DNA of 64,000 bases from an uncultured virus (IMG/VR IMGVR_UViG_3300034280_000588) (taxonomy: Duplodnaviria; Heunggongvirae; Uroviricota; Caudoviricetes): IMG/VR virus record IMGVR_UViG_3300034280_000588, one strand, 5' to 3'. Both the position numbers and the translations under genes were made by a program. Each line of letters begins with the position of its first letter. Within the stretch, counting starts at the first letter, position 1. Of the stretch, positions 1 through 7,659 are shown piece by piece. The notes beneath the pieces were generated by a model. That model saw nothing but the letters and a program-made list of their open reading frames with translations, was not told the DNA's origin and made no database searches.

Positions 1-19
1 CCCTAAGACCTGTTTATAT

Positions 20-120
20 AGTCAGGTAGTGGATATGTAAACGGGCTCAAGCTCGATAAGGCAAAATGGTATGCTTCTCTTTACGAGACCACATTACGGG
101 TTCGAATCCTGTCCTGACTA
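20..120 (+). ncRNA. tRNA-like element 1 (acceptor stem and T-arm intact, non-canonical core)
   Basis: AGTCAGG (20-26) pairs with CCTGACT (113-119). T-arm is ACGGG-TTCGAAT-CCTGT (96-112). No recognisable D-arm or anticodon arm. Confidence 0.55.
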
Positions 121-135
121 CTAAAAATTAAATTA

Positions 136-276
136 ATGAAAATATACTATTTTATTTGTAGTTTATTAATGATTGGTATGATATCTTATTCATTCCAAGA
201 ATATCCTATGTTAGTAGGTTTTTTATGTTTTGGAATAGGTATAGGATATATGAGAGAAAAGAATAAAGTCAGCTAA
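136..276 (+). CDS. small hydrophobic membrane protein (46 aa), not in ORF track
   Basis: Translated by hand: MKIYYFICSLLMIGMISYSFQEYPMLVGFLCFGIGIGYMREKNKVS. Two hydrophobic stretches and an A-rich leader. Confidence 0.55.
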   Translation: MKIYYFICSLLMIGMISYSFQEYPMLVGFLCFGIGIGYMREKNKVS

Positions 277-333
277 CCAAGCACAATGAATGATAAATTC
301 GGAGTATGGTGACAGCAGGAAAGACTGCAACAT

Positions 334-420
334 AGTCAGGTGGCGGAATTGGTAGACGCTATACTTAAGCAGTTGAAGCTGGGCAATTCAACAATACAGG
401 TTCGAATCCTGTCCTGACTA
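334..420 (+). tRNA. tRNA-like element 2 / degenerate class II (Leu-like) tRNA
   Basis: Acceptor AGTCAGG/CCTGACT, Leu-type D-arm GCGGAATTGGTAGACGC, long hairpin GTTGAA..TTCAAC and T-arm ACAGG-TTCGAAT-CCTGT. The anticodon stem pairs only 2-3 bp. Confidence 0.6.
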
Positions 421-436
421 CTAAAATTTAAACAAC

Positions 437-676
437 ATGAAACAGACATCAATAGAATGGTTAAAAAAAGAACTTGAAGATTATGGTTCACCTTCACATT
501 TAAATTTAGATTGGGAAACATTTGATGAATTGATTGAACAAGCCAAAGAAATGCACAAACAAGAAATAATAGATGCTCACATAGAAGGACAAAGAGTTTT
601 TGACAAGCATGACCATACACAATGGACAACTGACCAGGCAGAACAATACTATCAAGAAACATTTAAAAAAGATTAA
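437..676 (+). CDS. hypothetical phage protein
   Basis: 79-aa ORF with A-rich leader, co-oriented with neighbours. Confidence 0.75.
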   Translation: MKQTSIEWLKKELEDYGSPSHLNLDWETFDELIEQAKEMHKQEIIDAHIEGQRVFDKHDHTQWTTDQAEQYYQETFKKD

Positions 677-678
677 TT

Positions 679-840
679 ATGAAAACATTTGGACTATTCA
701 TGATCGTATGGTTAGTATCTATTCTTATATCATTTAATATATGGAAACATGTTACAATAGAAGAAATGCTTAAAATGGTATTAGCTACACAAATAGCTTA
801 TATAATGTATAAATTAACTAAAGAAGAATCAAAAGATTAA
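679..840 (+). CDS. small membrane protein (53 aa), not in ORF track
   Basis: MKTFGLFMIVWLVSILISFNIWKHVTIEEMLKMVLATQIAYIMYKLTKEESKD fills the gap between adjacent genes with 2-bp spacing. Confidence 0.6.
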   Translation: MKTFGLFMIVWLVSILISFNIWKHVTIEEMLKMVLATQIAYIMYKLTKEESKD

Positions 841-842
841 TT

Positions 843-1181
843 ATGACATTAATGATTGACCCACCATCAGGATGGCAGTATGGGTTTCCTAAACCTATTC
901 CTGAAGATAGAAGAAAGGATGTTCTTGTATGGCTGGTAGAACAAGGTTATCCTCAAAAGCTTATAGATGCGTTTGGAGAGCATTTTTATTGTAGATATTG
1001 GGAAGAACCAAAAGCAATTGTAAAGTTTAATGGGGGTAAAGGAGCCTTGTTATGTTCTAAATGCAGTGCAATTGTAAAGGTAGGGAGTGAGTTTAATGAG
1101 GAAGAATCAAAATATATAAAAGGAGAAATAGATTATTTACCACCGCAGTATTGCAATAAATGTCGTCAAGTTATAAGCTGA
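843..1181 (+). CDS. hypothetical protein with C-terminal Zn-ribbon-like CxxC pairs
   Basis: CSKC and CNKC motifs; N-terminal DPPSGWQYGFPKP segment. Confidence 0.7.
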   Translation: MTLMIDPPSGWQYGFPKPIPEDRRKDVLVWLVEQGYPQKLIDAFGEHFYCRYWEEPKAIVKFNGGKGALLCSKCSAIVKVGSEFNEEESKYIKGEIDYLPPQYCNKCRQVIS

Positions 1182-1258
1182 CAAAAGACAATAAAAAGTA
1201 AAGCTATAAACTGACGATAATGTGTCATAAAAGACACAAATTGCACCCTTTTGGGTAT
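1165..1258. promoter_or_regulatory. array of 16-18-bp repeated or palindromic operator-like sites
   Basis: GTCAAGTTATAAGCTGAC (1165-1182) and GTAAAGCTATAAACTGAC (1198-1215) match at 15/18. Also TGTGTC-ATAAAA-GACACA (1221-1238) and ACCC-TTTT-GGGT (1245-1256). Confidence 0.45.
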
Positions 1259-1284
1259 TATATAACACATTAAAAACCAAAAAA

Positions 1285-1662
1285 ATGGAACAAATCCTTA
1301 GAGAAATTCAAAATTCAGAAAAAACTTATTACACAAAGGCTGAAATTGTTCATCTTATTAAGAGTTACATTCCTAAAGTGTCAGCAAAAGTAGAATCTAA
1401 AGGTGTAACTGTTGATCTTGACACTTATGTTGTAACTTACAATGGTAAACAAAAAAGACTACCCCGCAAGGTTGTACAGCTGGCTCATTATTTTATTGCA
1501 AATGAAGGTAAAACCCTTAAAAGAGATAAAATTTTAGATGCTATATGGGGGGATGATGTTATTGTAACAGACCGCACTGTTGACGTTCATGTCAGACTTA
1601 TTAGAAAAAATCTTTTTAATGACTGCATAGAAACTGTCAAAGGACTAGGTTATAAATGGTAA
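1285..1662 (+). CDS. stand-alone OmpR/PhoB-type winged-helix DNA-binding protein
   Basis: RDKILDAIWG...DRTVDVHVRLIRK...IETVKGLGYKW is the Trans_reg_C signature. There is no receiver domain. Confidence 0.85.
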   Translation: MEQILREIQNSEKTYYTKAEIVHLIKSYIPKVSAKVESKGVTVDLDTYVVTYNGKQKRLPRKVVQLAHYFIANEGKTLKRDKILDAIWGDDVIVTDRTVDVHVRLIRKNLFNDCIETVKGLGYKW

Positions 1663-1666
1663 ACAT

Positions 1667-2251
1667 ATGAAAAAGTATGAAAAATTAGTTGTTCCTAAAG
1701 ATTCTGCCTGGACTAGAAAAACCTGGAGAAAGTATGCTCCTATATGGGTGTTAGACATTGTAGATGGTATTACAAACATCTTTAAATGGTTGCCCACTAT
1801 TTACAAAGACAGAAATTGGGATGATTATTATGTTTTAGAAATTTTACAGAAAAAAATAGAATTTCAGCGTGCTTATTTGATACGTGCCAATAGACATGCT
1901 GGTATAGAAAATTGTAATTTTTGGATGACCACTGTTCTTAATCTTTTAGAAAGAGAAAACATGGAATACTATTACATAGAATATCTTAATTCTTTTGAAA
2001 GTGAATTAACTTTTAATAAAACTGAAGAAGACACCTATAAAGTAGATGTGCATATTCTTAATGAAAGATACAGTGAGTATATTAATAAATATTCCAGAGT
2101 CGCTAAAAAATTGCTAAAAGAAAATCCTAAATTGCAGGGTGAAGTTAAAAGAAACAAACTATGCTTTGAAATATCTCTTTATAACCAAAAAAGATGTCGC
2201 CATTTATTATTTAAAATATTAGAAGAAAAAGGCGAAGCATGGTGGGATTAA
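1667..2251 (+). CDS. hypothetical phage protein
   Basis: 194-aa ORF with KDRNWD and terminal WWD, in operon context. Confidence 0.75.
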   Translation: MKKYEKLVVPKDSAWTRKTWRKYAPIWVLDIVDGITNIFKWLPTIYKDRNWDDYYVLEILQKKIEFQRAYLIRANRHAGIENCNFWMTTVLNLLERENMEYYYIEYLNSFESELTFNKTEEDTYKVDVHILNERYSEYINKYSRVAKKLLKENPKLQGEVKRNKLCFEISLYNQKRCRHLLFKILEEKGEAWWD

Positions 2252-2270
2252 TCATTTAAAAACATAAAAC

Positions 2271-2390
2271 ATGAGTTTTTTAGCTGTTTGTGCAATTATT
2301 TCTGTAATTATTGGTGTAGTTACACTTTATTATTTAGCAGTGGTTAAACCTGTAGATGATGAAATAAATGAAAAAACCCGTCGAAATTGA
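2271..2390 (+). CDS. small single-pass membrane protein (39 aa), not in ORF track
   Basis: MSFLAVCAIISVIIGVVTLYYLAVVKPVDDEINEKTRRN; A-rich leader; ends in the terminator. Confidence 0.5.
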   Translation: MSFLAVCAIISVIIGVVTLYYLAVVKPVDDEINEKTRRN

Positions 2391-2399
2391 CGGGTTTTT
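2372..2399. terminator. bidirectional intrinsic terminator
   Basis: AAAAACCCGTC-GAAATT-GACGGGTTTTT between convergent genes. Confidence 0.85.
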
Positions 2400-2416
2400 A
2401 CTTTTGTGTGTGTAAT

Positions 2417-2650
2417 TTAAACTGTACCTGAGATATCAGACTTGATAGCCTCAAGACCATCAATTACTGCTTGAAGTTGCTCAGGAGTGGGAGCTGCATC
2501 TACCATAGCTTGAAGTTCAGTAATTTGTGCTTCAAGACCTTCAATGGTGGTCTTTTGACCTTCCAAAAGAGCTGCAATTTGCTCTTGTTCTGCATCCACT
2601 GTAGACTGAAGATCTACCAGTTTAGCCTCTAATTCTGCAATTGTTGCCAT
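2417..2650 (-). CDS. acidic coiled-coil protein (77 aa)
   Basis: MATIAELEAKLVDLQSTVDAEQEQIAALL... with heptad pattern; start reassigned to the ATG at 2650 after an A-rich leader. Confidence 0.75.
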   Translation of the reverse strand: MATIAELEAKLVDLQSTVDAEQEQIAALLEGQKTTIEGLEAQITELQAMVDAAPTPEQLQAVIDGLEAIKSDISGTV

Positions 2651-2772
2651 AATTTTGTTTAATTTAATGGTTAAAGAATGAAAAAACTTTTTAGGGAATT
2701 GGTATATTTTAAAGTGGAACATAATGGTGGGGTTTATATAAATAATATACGAAAACTAAACTAAATTACCAA

Positions 2773-3153
2773 ATGAGTCACCCCTATCATCACGCACTTT
2801 CTAGTCAAAAAAAACATAGCGGAAAGTGGGAAGATTATATAGACATTCACAACTGGTTTGATGAAACCAAGGCACATTATCCTGACATGAGACACAGAGC
2901 CCTCAGACATCATGCAGAAGGCATATTTTGGTGTGAAGAGAAATTTGGGGTGGTAATTACTAATTCTGATGGTAAACAAGTTCCTGTAAGAATCATTGCA
3001 GAACAGCATTTACTGGAGGATATAGGATGGATACCCACTATCAAAGACTATCTTGACAACATGTCTCAAGAAGGATGGATGTATAAACCTGGAGAAGGTA
3101 GAAAAATCTTAAAAGAAATTAAAGAACAAAAATTAGATTTTATTAAAAACTAA
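2773..3153 (+). CDS. His-rich conserved hypothetical protein (DUF6915-like)
   Basis: HPYHHA..IHNWFD..RHRALRHH..EQHLLED; family recalled from motif. Confidence 0.7.
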   Translation: MSHPYHHALSSQKKHSGKWEDYIDIHNWFDETKAHYPDMRHRALRHHAEGIFWCEEKFGVVITNSDGKQVPVRIIAEQHLLEDIGWIPTIKDYLDNMSQEGWMYKPGEGRKILKEIKEQKLDFIKN

Positions 3154-3157
3154 AACA

Positions 3158-3886
3158 ATGGAAAAACAAATGTCAACATTGGACTGGCTCATGGAGCAGT
3201 CTGAACAAGGTAGAACATTAGAAATTGTATGGGAAGGTGGTGGAGATTCAGGATGGGTGCATTTTGAAATAGATGGTGAAAATTATGAAAATGTATATAC
3301 AGAACATCTTGTAGACTACATGCATGACACGCTTAATTATGGTGGTTGGGCTGGTGAGTTTCAAGCATCTGGTAGAGCAGAGTTCAATCCCAAAACTAAA
3401 TGTTTTGAGGGTACAGATTATTATACAGAAGATGAAACTATTACTATTGACACTAAAATAGATGTTTTGATTCCCGATGATCTGTGGTTTGATTCTGTCT
3501 CACTTAATCTTGATGGAAATTATGATGAAGATGTTATTTGTGAGGCAAGGTTTACTATAAAGAATGGATTTATGACATCTAAACATGAAGATTGTCTATC
3601 ACAATTGGAAAAAGTTATTTCAGAAAAAGCAAATAAAGAAATCTTAAACTATTTAAACACAACTAGTAGTGATATTAGGGGATGTTGGGATAATTTTCGC
3701 ATTCCTTTTTCTGAATTTAACAAAGATGACAATCCTGGTTTTCTTACACACACTATTCTTGAACTTTCTGTAGGTGTTCTTAATGAAAACGACAAACCTG
3801 TTTGTTTAGATTTGAATGAAGAAGGTTGCTCATGGGTAAATAATCTTGTAAATGAAAAAGGAGAAATTGAAGATGAAACAGTATAA
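3158..3886 (+). CDS. acidic hypothetical protein (DUF6878-like N-terminus)
   Basis: WEGGGDSG motif; family recalled from motif. Confidence 0.6.
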   Translation: MEKQMSTLDWLMEQSEQGRTLEIVWEGGGDSGWVHFEIDGENYENVYTEHLVDYMHDTLNYGGWAGEFQASGRAEFNPKTKCFEGTDYYTEDETITIDTKIDVLIPDDLWFDSVSLNLDGNYDEDVICEARFTIKNGFMTSKHEDCLSQLEKVISEKANKEILNYLNTTSSDIRGCWDNFRIPFSEFNKDDNPGFLTHTILELSVGVLNENDKPVCLDLNEEGCSWVNNLVNEKGEIEDETV

Positions 3887-4616
3887 AAATTATAGATACA
3901 CAGTGAATAGTCAAGAAGACTTTTCACTTACAGAAGCTTTAAAGCTTTGGAAAACAAAGTTTTCTGATTATAAAGATTTTGAAAAAGAGGTTATCACCAA
4001 CCCCAGTCTTAATGATTTTAATGATTTTGTAAAATCTGTGTGGGATGAAATTATTCCTGTCACTGTTGAAGATGCATTAAAACAAGAGAACGTAGAAACC
4101 AGGCGTACATACTTTGATGCTATTGGTGTAGAGACATTGTTCAAATCTTTAGAACCAAAACTCTTGGATAAACAAGTTATTAGAAAAACAAGAGTGAGGT
4201 GGGATGATGAATATACAGAAAAAGATCATGTCTTTGAAGATGTTTATGAACTTTATGAAATAGAAGGAAGTAAACTGTTTGAAAAAGATAGTTGGGGTAA
4301 TAGTCCTGACTCTGCATATGCTGTAAGATGTTGGTGTACAACAACCAATCGTGAATATTGGTTATATGTACCCAAAGAAGCAGCATTAGGAAGTCAGTGG
4401 TGGCGTATATCTGAACAATCAAAACCAGATGCTATTAGAGCAATTGCTTGGACAGTTAGGGTGGATGTACCAGAAGAAGATATAGAAAGAATATATAGAC
4501 AAGGTGATATTATTGTAGTGAAGCTAAAAGATGAAGCTAAATCTACAACATCTACTTGGAGACCATATCATCTTTCTAAAGAAAATTATCTAACTTTGAT
4601 GTATTCAGAAACTTAA
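3873..4616 (+). CDS. hypothetical protein (DUF6745-like)
   Basis: NVETRR...VRCWCTTTNREYWLYVP...AIAWT; start moved to ATG 3873. Confidence 0.65.
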   Translation: MKQYKNYRYTVNSQEDFSLTEALKLWKTKFSDYKDFEKEVITNPSLNDFNDFVKSVWDEIIPVTVEDALKQENVETRRTYFDAIGVETLFKSLEPKLLDKQVIRKTRVRWDDEYTEKDHVFEDVYELYEIEGSKLFEKDSWGNSPDSAYAVRCWCTTTNREYWLYVPKEAALGSQWWRISEQSKPDAIRAIAWTVRVDVPEEDIERIYRQGDIIVVKLKDEAKSTTSTWRPYHLSKENYLTLMYSET

Positions 4617-4618
4617 TT

Positions 4619-5140
4619 ATGAGTAGTAAACTAATTGGTCATGTAGGAGTTGATTCAGGTCAGCTCCTACTTTGTGACCCATGTTATATAGACAGTGAAT
4701 GGACTGTAGAAGATTTTGATGATCTTAGAAAATACCAACATAAAGACACTAAACGTGTTTTACAATATCTTAAAGATTTTGTAAACTATCAAGAACCAAT
4801 GGAAGAATTTGGTGATAAAAATATGAATCAGTTGTTAGCTACAGGAGAATGGGAAGAGCTTCCATATGGTCCACCAAAACATCAATTCAGTTATAATGCT
4901 TGTGCTAAAGCAACATTATCAGAAGATGGACATGGACAGCTTAACTATAATCTTGGTCATCCAGGAGTAGGTGTAGCATTTAGCACAGCTTTTGGTGATG
5001 GATACTATCCTGTATATGCACACTATGATGCTGAAGGTATATTAAAAAGTGTAGAAGTGTTATTTCAAGAAGAAAAAAATGAAGAAGAAGATGATAATGA
5101 TTTTGTAACTTTTAATGAAGCCTCATATGGCCAAGATTGA
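4619..5140 (+). CDS. DUF4241-like hypothetical protein
   Basis: GVDSGQ..CDP and STAFGDGYYPVY motifs. Confidence 0.65.
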   Translation: MSSKLIGHVGVDSGQLLLCDPCYIDSEWTVEDFDDLRKYQHKDTKRVLQYLKDFVNYQEPMEEFGDKNMNQLLATGEWEELPYGPPKHQFSYNACAKATLSEDGHGQLNYNLGHPGVGVAFSTAFGDGYYPVYAHYDAEGILKSVEVLFQEEKNEEEDDNDFVTFNEASYGQD

Positions 5141-5303
5141 TGAACCTATTAGAGAAATTCTAATAGACAATATTATAGAAATGGCAGGAGATGAGTTTGA
5201 ATCACGAAACTCTTGGATAGCTTTAGCTAAAAAATCAGATGAGGAGTTGGTTCTAGAAATGATTAACATAGCACAATATTTTAGAAACCAAAACAATTGT
5301 TAA
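5115..5303 (+). CDS. hypothetical protein
   Basis: Short ORF packed in operon; true start may be a few codons downstream. Confidence 0.6.
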   Translation: MKPHMAKIDEPIREILIDNIIEMAGDEFESRNSWIALAKKSDEELVLEMINIAQYFRNQNNC

Positions 5304-5306
5304 AAT

Positions 5307-5591
5307 ATGGGAAAGAAAAAAAAAGAGACACTTAATATGATTGTAGAAACAATCACTAGAAAACAAAAAGAAAATCTTTATAAAGACTTAGCTGTTATTA
5401 GACACTTGATAGATAAATCCATTTCTCATATTGGAAATATTGATACTGCTGATAATTTAGCTGAAGCTTCTTTTAAAGCAGGTAGAGCATATGATCCATT
5501 AGATGAAGCTATGGATAAATTAGTTGACATATTAGACAAAATGAGAGAAGATAATGATTTTGATCATTTTGAAGATCTTATTGAAGAATAA
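5307..5591 (+). CDS. hypothetical protein
   Basis: 94-aa ORF in operon. Confidence 0.65.
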   Translation: MGKKKKETLNMIVETITRKQKENLYKDLAVIRHLIDKSISHIGNIDTADNLAEASFKAGRAYDPLDEAMDKLVDILDKMREDNDFDHFEDLIEE

Positions 5592-5611
5592 ACAATTTAA
5601 ATTTAAAAACA

Positions 5612-5857
5612 ATGAGTAAAGCTAAAAGAATTGTTCTGGGAGAAGGAGAAATCATAGGACACAAACACATTCTAGAGTCTAAGACAGACATAGAATATTC
5701 TCAAAATGCAGATAGCATTACATTTATGCTTAATTCTATGGGTATTCTCACCCATGATGAGCATGATAAAATGGTATTTAACAAGGGTAATTACAAATCG
5801 TACAATCAGGTGGAATACAACCCATTTGATAAAACAGTACAAAGAGTGTTTGACTAA
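5612..5857 (+). CDS. small His-containing conserved protein (GExxGHxH / HxEH)
   Basis: VLGEGEIIGHKH...LTHDEHD...QVEYNP. Confidence 0.7.
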   Translation: MSKAKRIVLGEGEIIGHKHILESKTDIEYSQNADSITFMLNSMGILTHDEHDKMVFNKGNYKSYNQVEYNPFDKTVQRVFD

Positions 5858-6954
5858 TGAACAAAAGAGACCAAATCCAACAAGAAGCTTTAGACATTGC
5901 TCTAAAGCATAAAAGATGTGGTTTGGGAATAAGTATGGGAGTGGGTAAAACTCTCATAGGATTGAAATACATCAACCATTTGCAAGAAAAAAATATGGGG
6001 AAGCTTAGGGTGCTCGTTGTAGCACCCAAGCTTTCTATATTTGATTCTTGGTCTTCTGACGCTGAAAAGTTTGGCATAAACCTAGGAGATGCTGAATTTA
6101 CTACCTACTTGTCACTTAACAAGAAAAACCCACATAATTACGATTTACTTGTATTAGATGAATGTCATTCTCTTTTAGAATCACATCAAACATTCTTATG
6201 CGTATTTAACGGTAGAGTGTTGGGCTTGACAGGCACTCCTCCTAGGTATGGTAATTCAGAGAAGGGTAAAATGGTGTACACTTATTGTCCCATCCTTTAT
6301 AAATACATTACAGATGATGCTGTAGATGATGACATTCTTAATGATTACAGGATAGTTGTTCATAAACTAGAACTTTCTGATGCAAATAACATCCCTGTTA
6401 ATTTTAAAGACAAGAGCTTTTATACATCAGAAACTAAAAACTACAGGTATTGGACACAAAGAATCATGGATGCCTCAAGTAAAAAGCAAGAACAAATAGC
6501 AGCCATAATGAGGATGAAAGCATTAATGGATTATAAAACTAAAGAAGTTTATGCGAAGACTCTTTTAGCTGACATACATGAAAAATGTATTGTTTTTGCA
6601 AATACACAAGATCAGGCTGATAGAATGTGTAGGCATTCTTATCATTCAAACAATTCTGATAGTGAGGACAACTTGGAAATGTTTAAGAAAGGTAAAATCT
6701 TTGAGCTAAGCTGTGTTTTACAACTAAATGAAGGTGTAAACATTCCTAATTTAGGTGCTGGTATTATTATGCATGCGTATGGTAATGAACGTAAGTCGTC
6801 CCAAAGAATTGGACGACTGCTTAGGCTCAATCCTACAGAAGTTGCTACAGTGCACATTTTATGCTATAAAGATACAGCAGATGAAAGATGGGTGGCAGAA
6901 GCCTTAAAAGATTTTGATCAAACCAAGGTTAAATATTTTGACGTAAACACATGA
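5857..6954 (+). CDS. superfamily 2 (DExH) helicase
   Basis: Motif I GVGKT, motif II DECH, motif III TGTP, EGVNIP and QRIGR. Confidence 0.9.
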   Translation: MNKRDQIQQEALDIALKHKRCGLGISMGVGKTLIGLKYINHLQEKNMGKLRVLVVAPKLSIFDSWSSDAEKFGINLGDAEFTTYLSLNKKNPHNYDLLVLDECHSLLESHQTFLCVFNGRVLGLTGTPPRYGNSEKGKMVYTYCPILYKYITDDAVDDDILNDYRIVVHKLELSDANNIPVNFKDKSFYTSETKNYRYWTQRIMDASSKKQEQIAAIMRMKALMDYKTKEVYAKTLLADIHEKCIVFANTQDQADRMCRHSYHSNNSDSEDNLEMFKKGKIFELSCVLQLNEGVNIPNLGAGIIMHAYGNERKSSQRIGRLLRLNPTEVATVHILCYKDTADERWVAEALKDFDQTKVKYFDVNT

Positions 6955-7343
6955 GTTATCTAGCAGGTAAATATAAAAAACAAGATGGGTTGCTCAAGCC
7001 CCTTACATTAGCAGGAGTGAAGCAATATGAGCTCTATGTTTCTCATATCCCTGATGGAGCTATTGTTGATTTTTTCTATGAGGTGACGCATGATGATGGT
7101 ACATTGCCACAGCTTGCCAAGCTTCATGTCATGATTAAACAATTGGCTACACACATAGGAGAAACTCCTGAGAACATGAAACTCCTTATAAAAGACAAAG
7201 CAGGATTGTGCATTGCCAGAGAGGTTTCTGGTAGAGAATACTTTTTAGCAAAAAGCTTTGGAGAATGTTCTAGAGAAGAATTATCTTTAGCTATACAGGC
7301 CGCTATACAAATAGGAGAAGATGTTAATTGTTTTCTAAATTAA
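6951..7343 (+). CDS. hypothetical protein (weak NinB-like resemblance)
   Basis: 130-aa ORF coupled to the helicase by an ATGA overlap. Confidence 0.65.
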   Translation: MSYLAGKYKKQDGLLKPLTLAGVKQYELYVSHIPDGAIVDFFYEVTHDDGTLPQLAKLHVMIKQLATHIGETPENMKLLIKDKAGLCIAREVSGREYFLAKSFGECSREELSLAIQAAIQIGEDVNCFLN

Positions 7344-7626
7344 CAATATCATCTCCAATTTCTTCTTCATAAGTGTGACCCTCTTTTATGAGAGCTGATT
7401 CTATCTCTTTTATAAGAACAGTGAGGGTGTGTATGCTTTCCATCCATTGTTCAGAAAACTCCACTTTATTTTTTTCAAAGTCTTCAATTGCAAGTTTAAG
7501 TTGGTCTAAATCTTCAACAGATTTATCAGATATAAGATCTATCATAACTTTTTGAAGATTTTGTAGAAAACCTGTTCCAATTTTTATACTTACAATAGCG
7601 TCTGCCTTAATTTTAGTTATTTTCAT
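7324..7626 (-). CDS. hypothetical protein (100 aa), lone minus-strand gene
   Basis: MKITKIKADAIVSIKIG...; upstream minus-strand TAAATTTG box. Confidence 0.7.
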   Translation of the reverse strand: MKITKIKADAIVSIKIGTGFLQNLQKVMIDLISDKSVEDLDQLKLAIEDFEKNKVEFSEQWMESIHTLTVLIKEIESALIKEGHTYEEEIGDDIVNLENN

Positions 7627-7641
7627 TTTTAATTTTTGTAA

Positions 7642-7649
7642 CAAATTTA
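7642..7649 (-). promoter_or_regulatory. Bacteroidota sigma-A -7 element (TAnnTTTG)
   Basis: Minus strand reads TAAATTTG about 15 nt upstream of the ATG at 7626. Confidence 0.45.
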
Positions 7650-7659
7650 ATCTAAAATT

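Noticed and set aside
334..420. Calling element 2 a functional tRNA-Leu (TAA or AAG)
   Set aside because: No register gives a 5-bp anticodon stem with a 7-nt loop, so no anticodon was assigned.
20..426. CRISPR array from the two ~30-bp repeats
   Set aside because: Only two copies, about 270 bp apart, containing a tRNA T-loop; no cas genes recognised.
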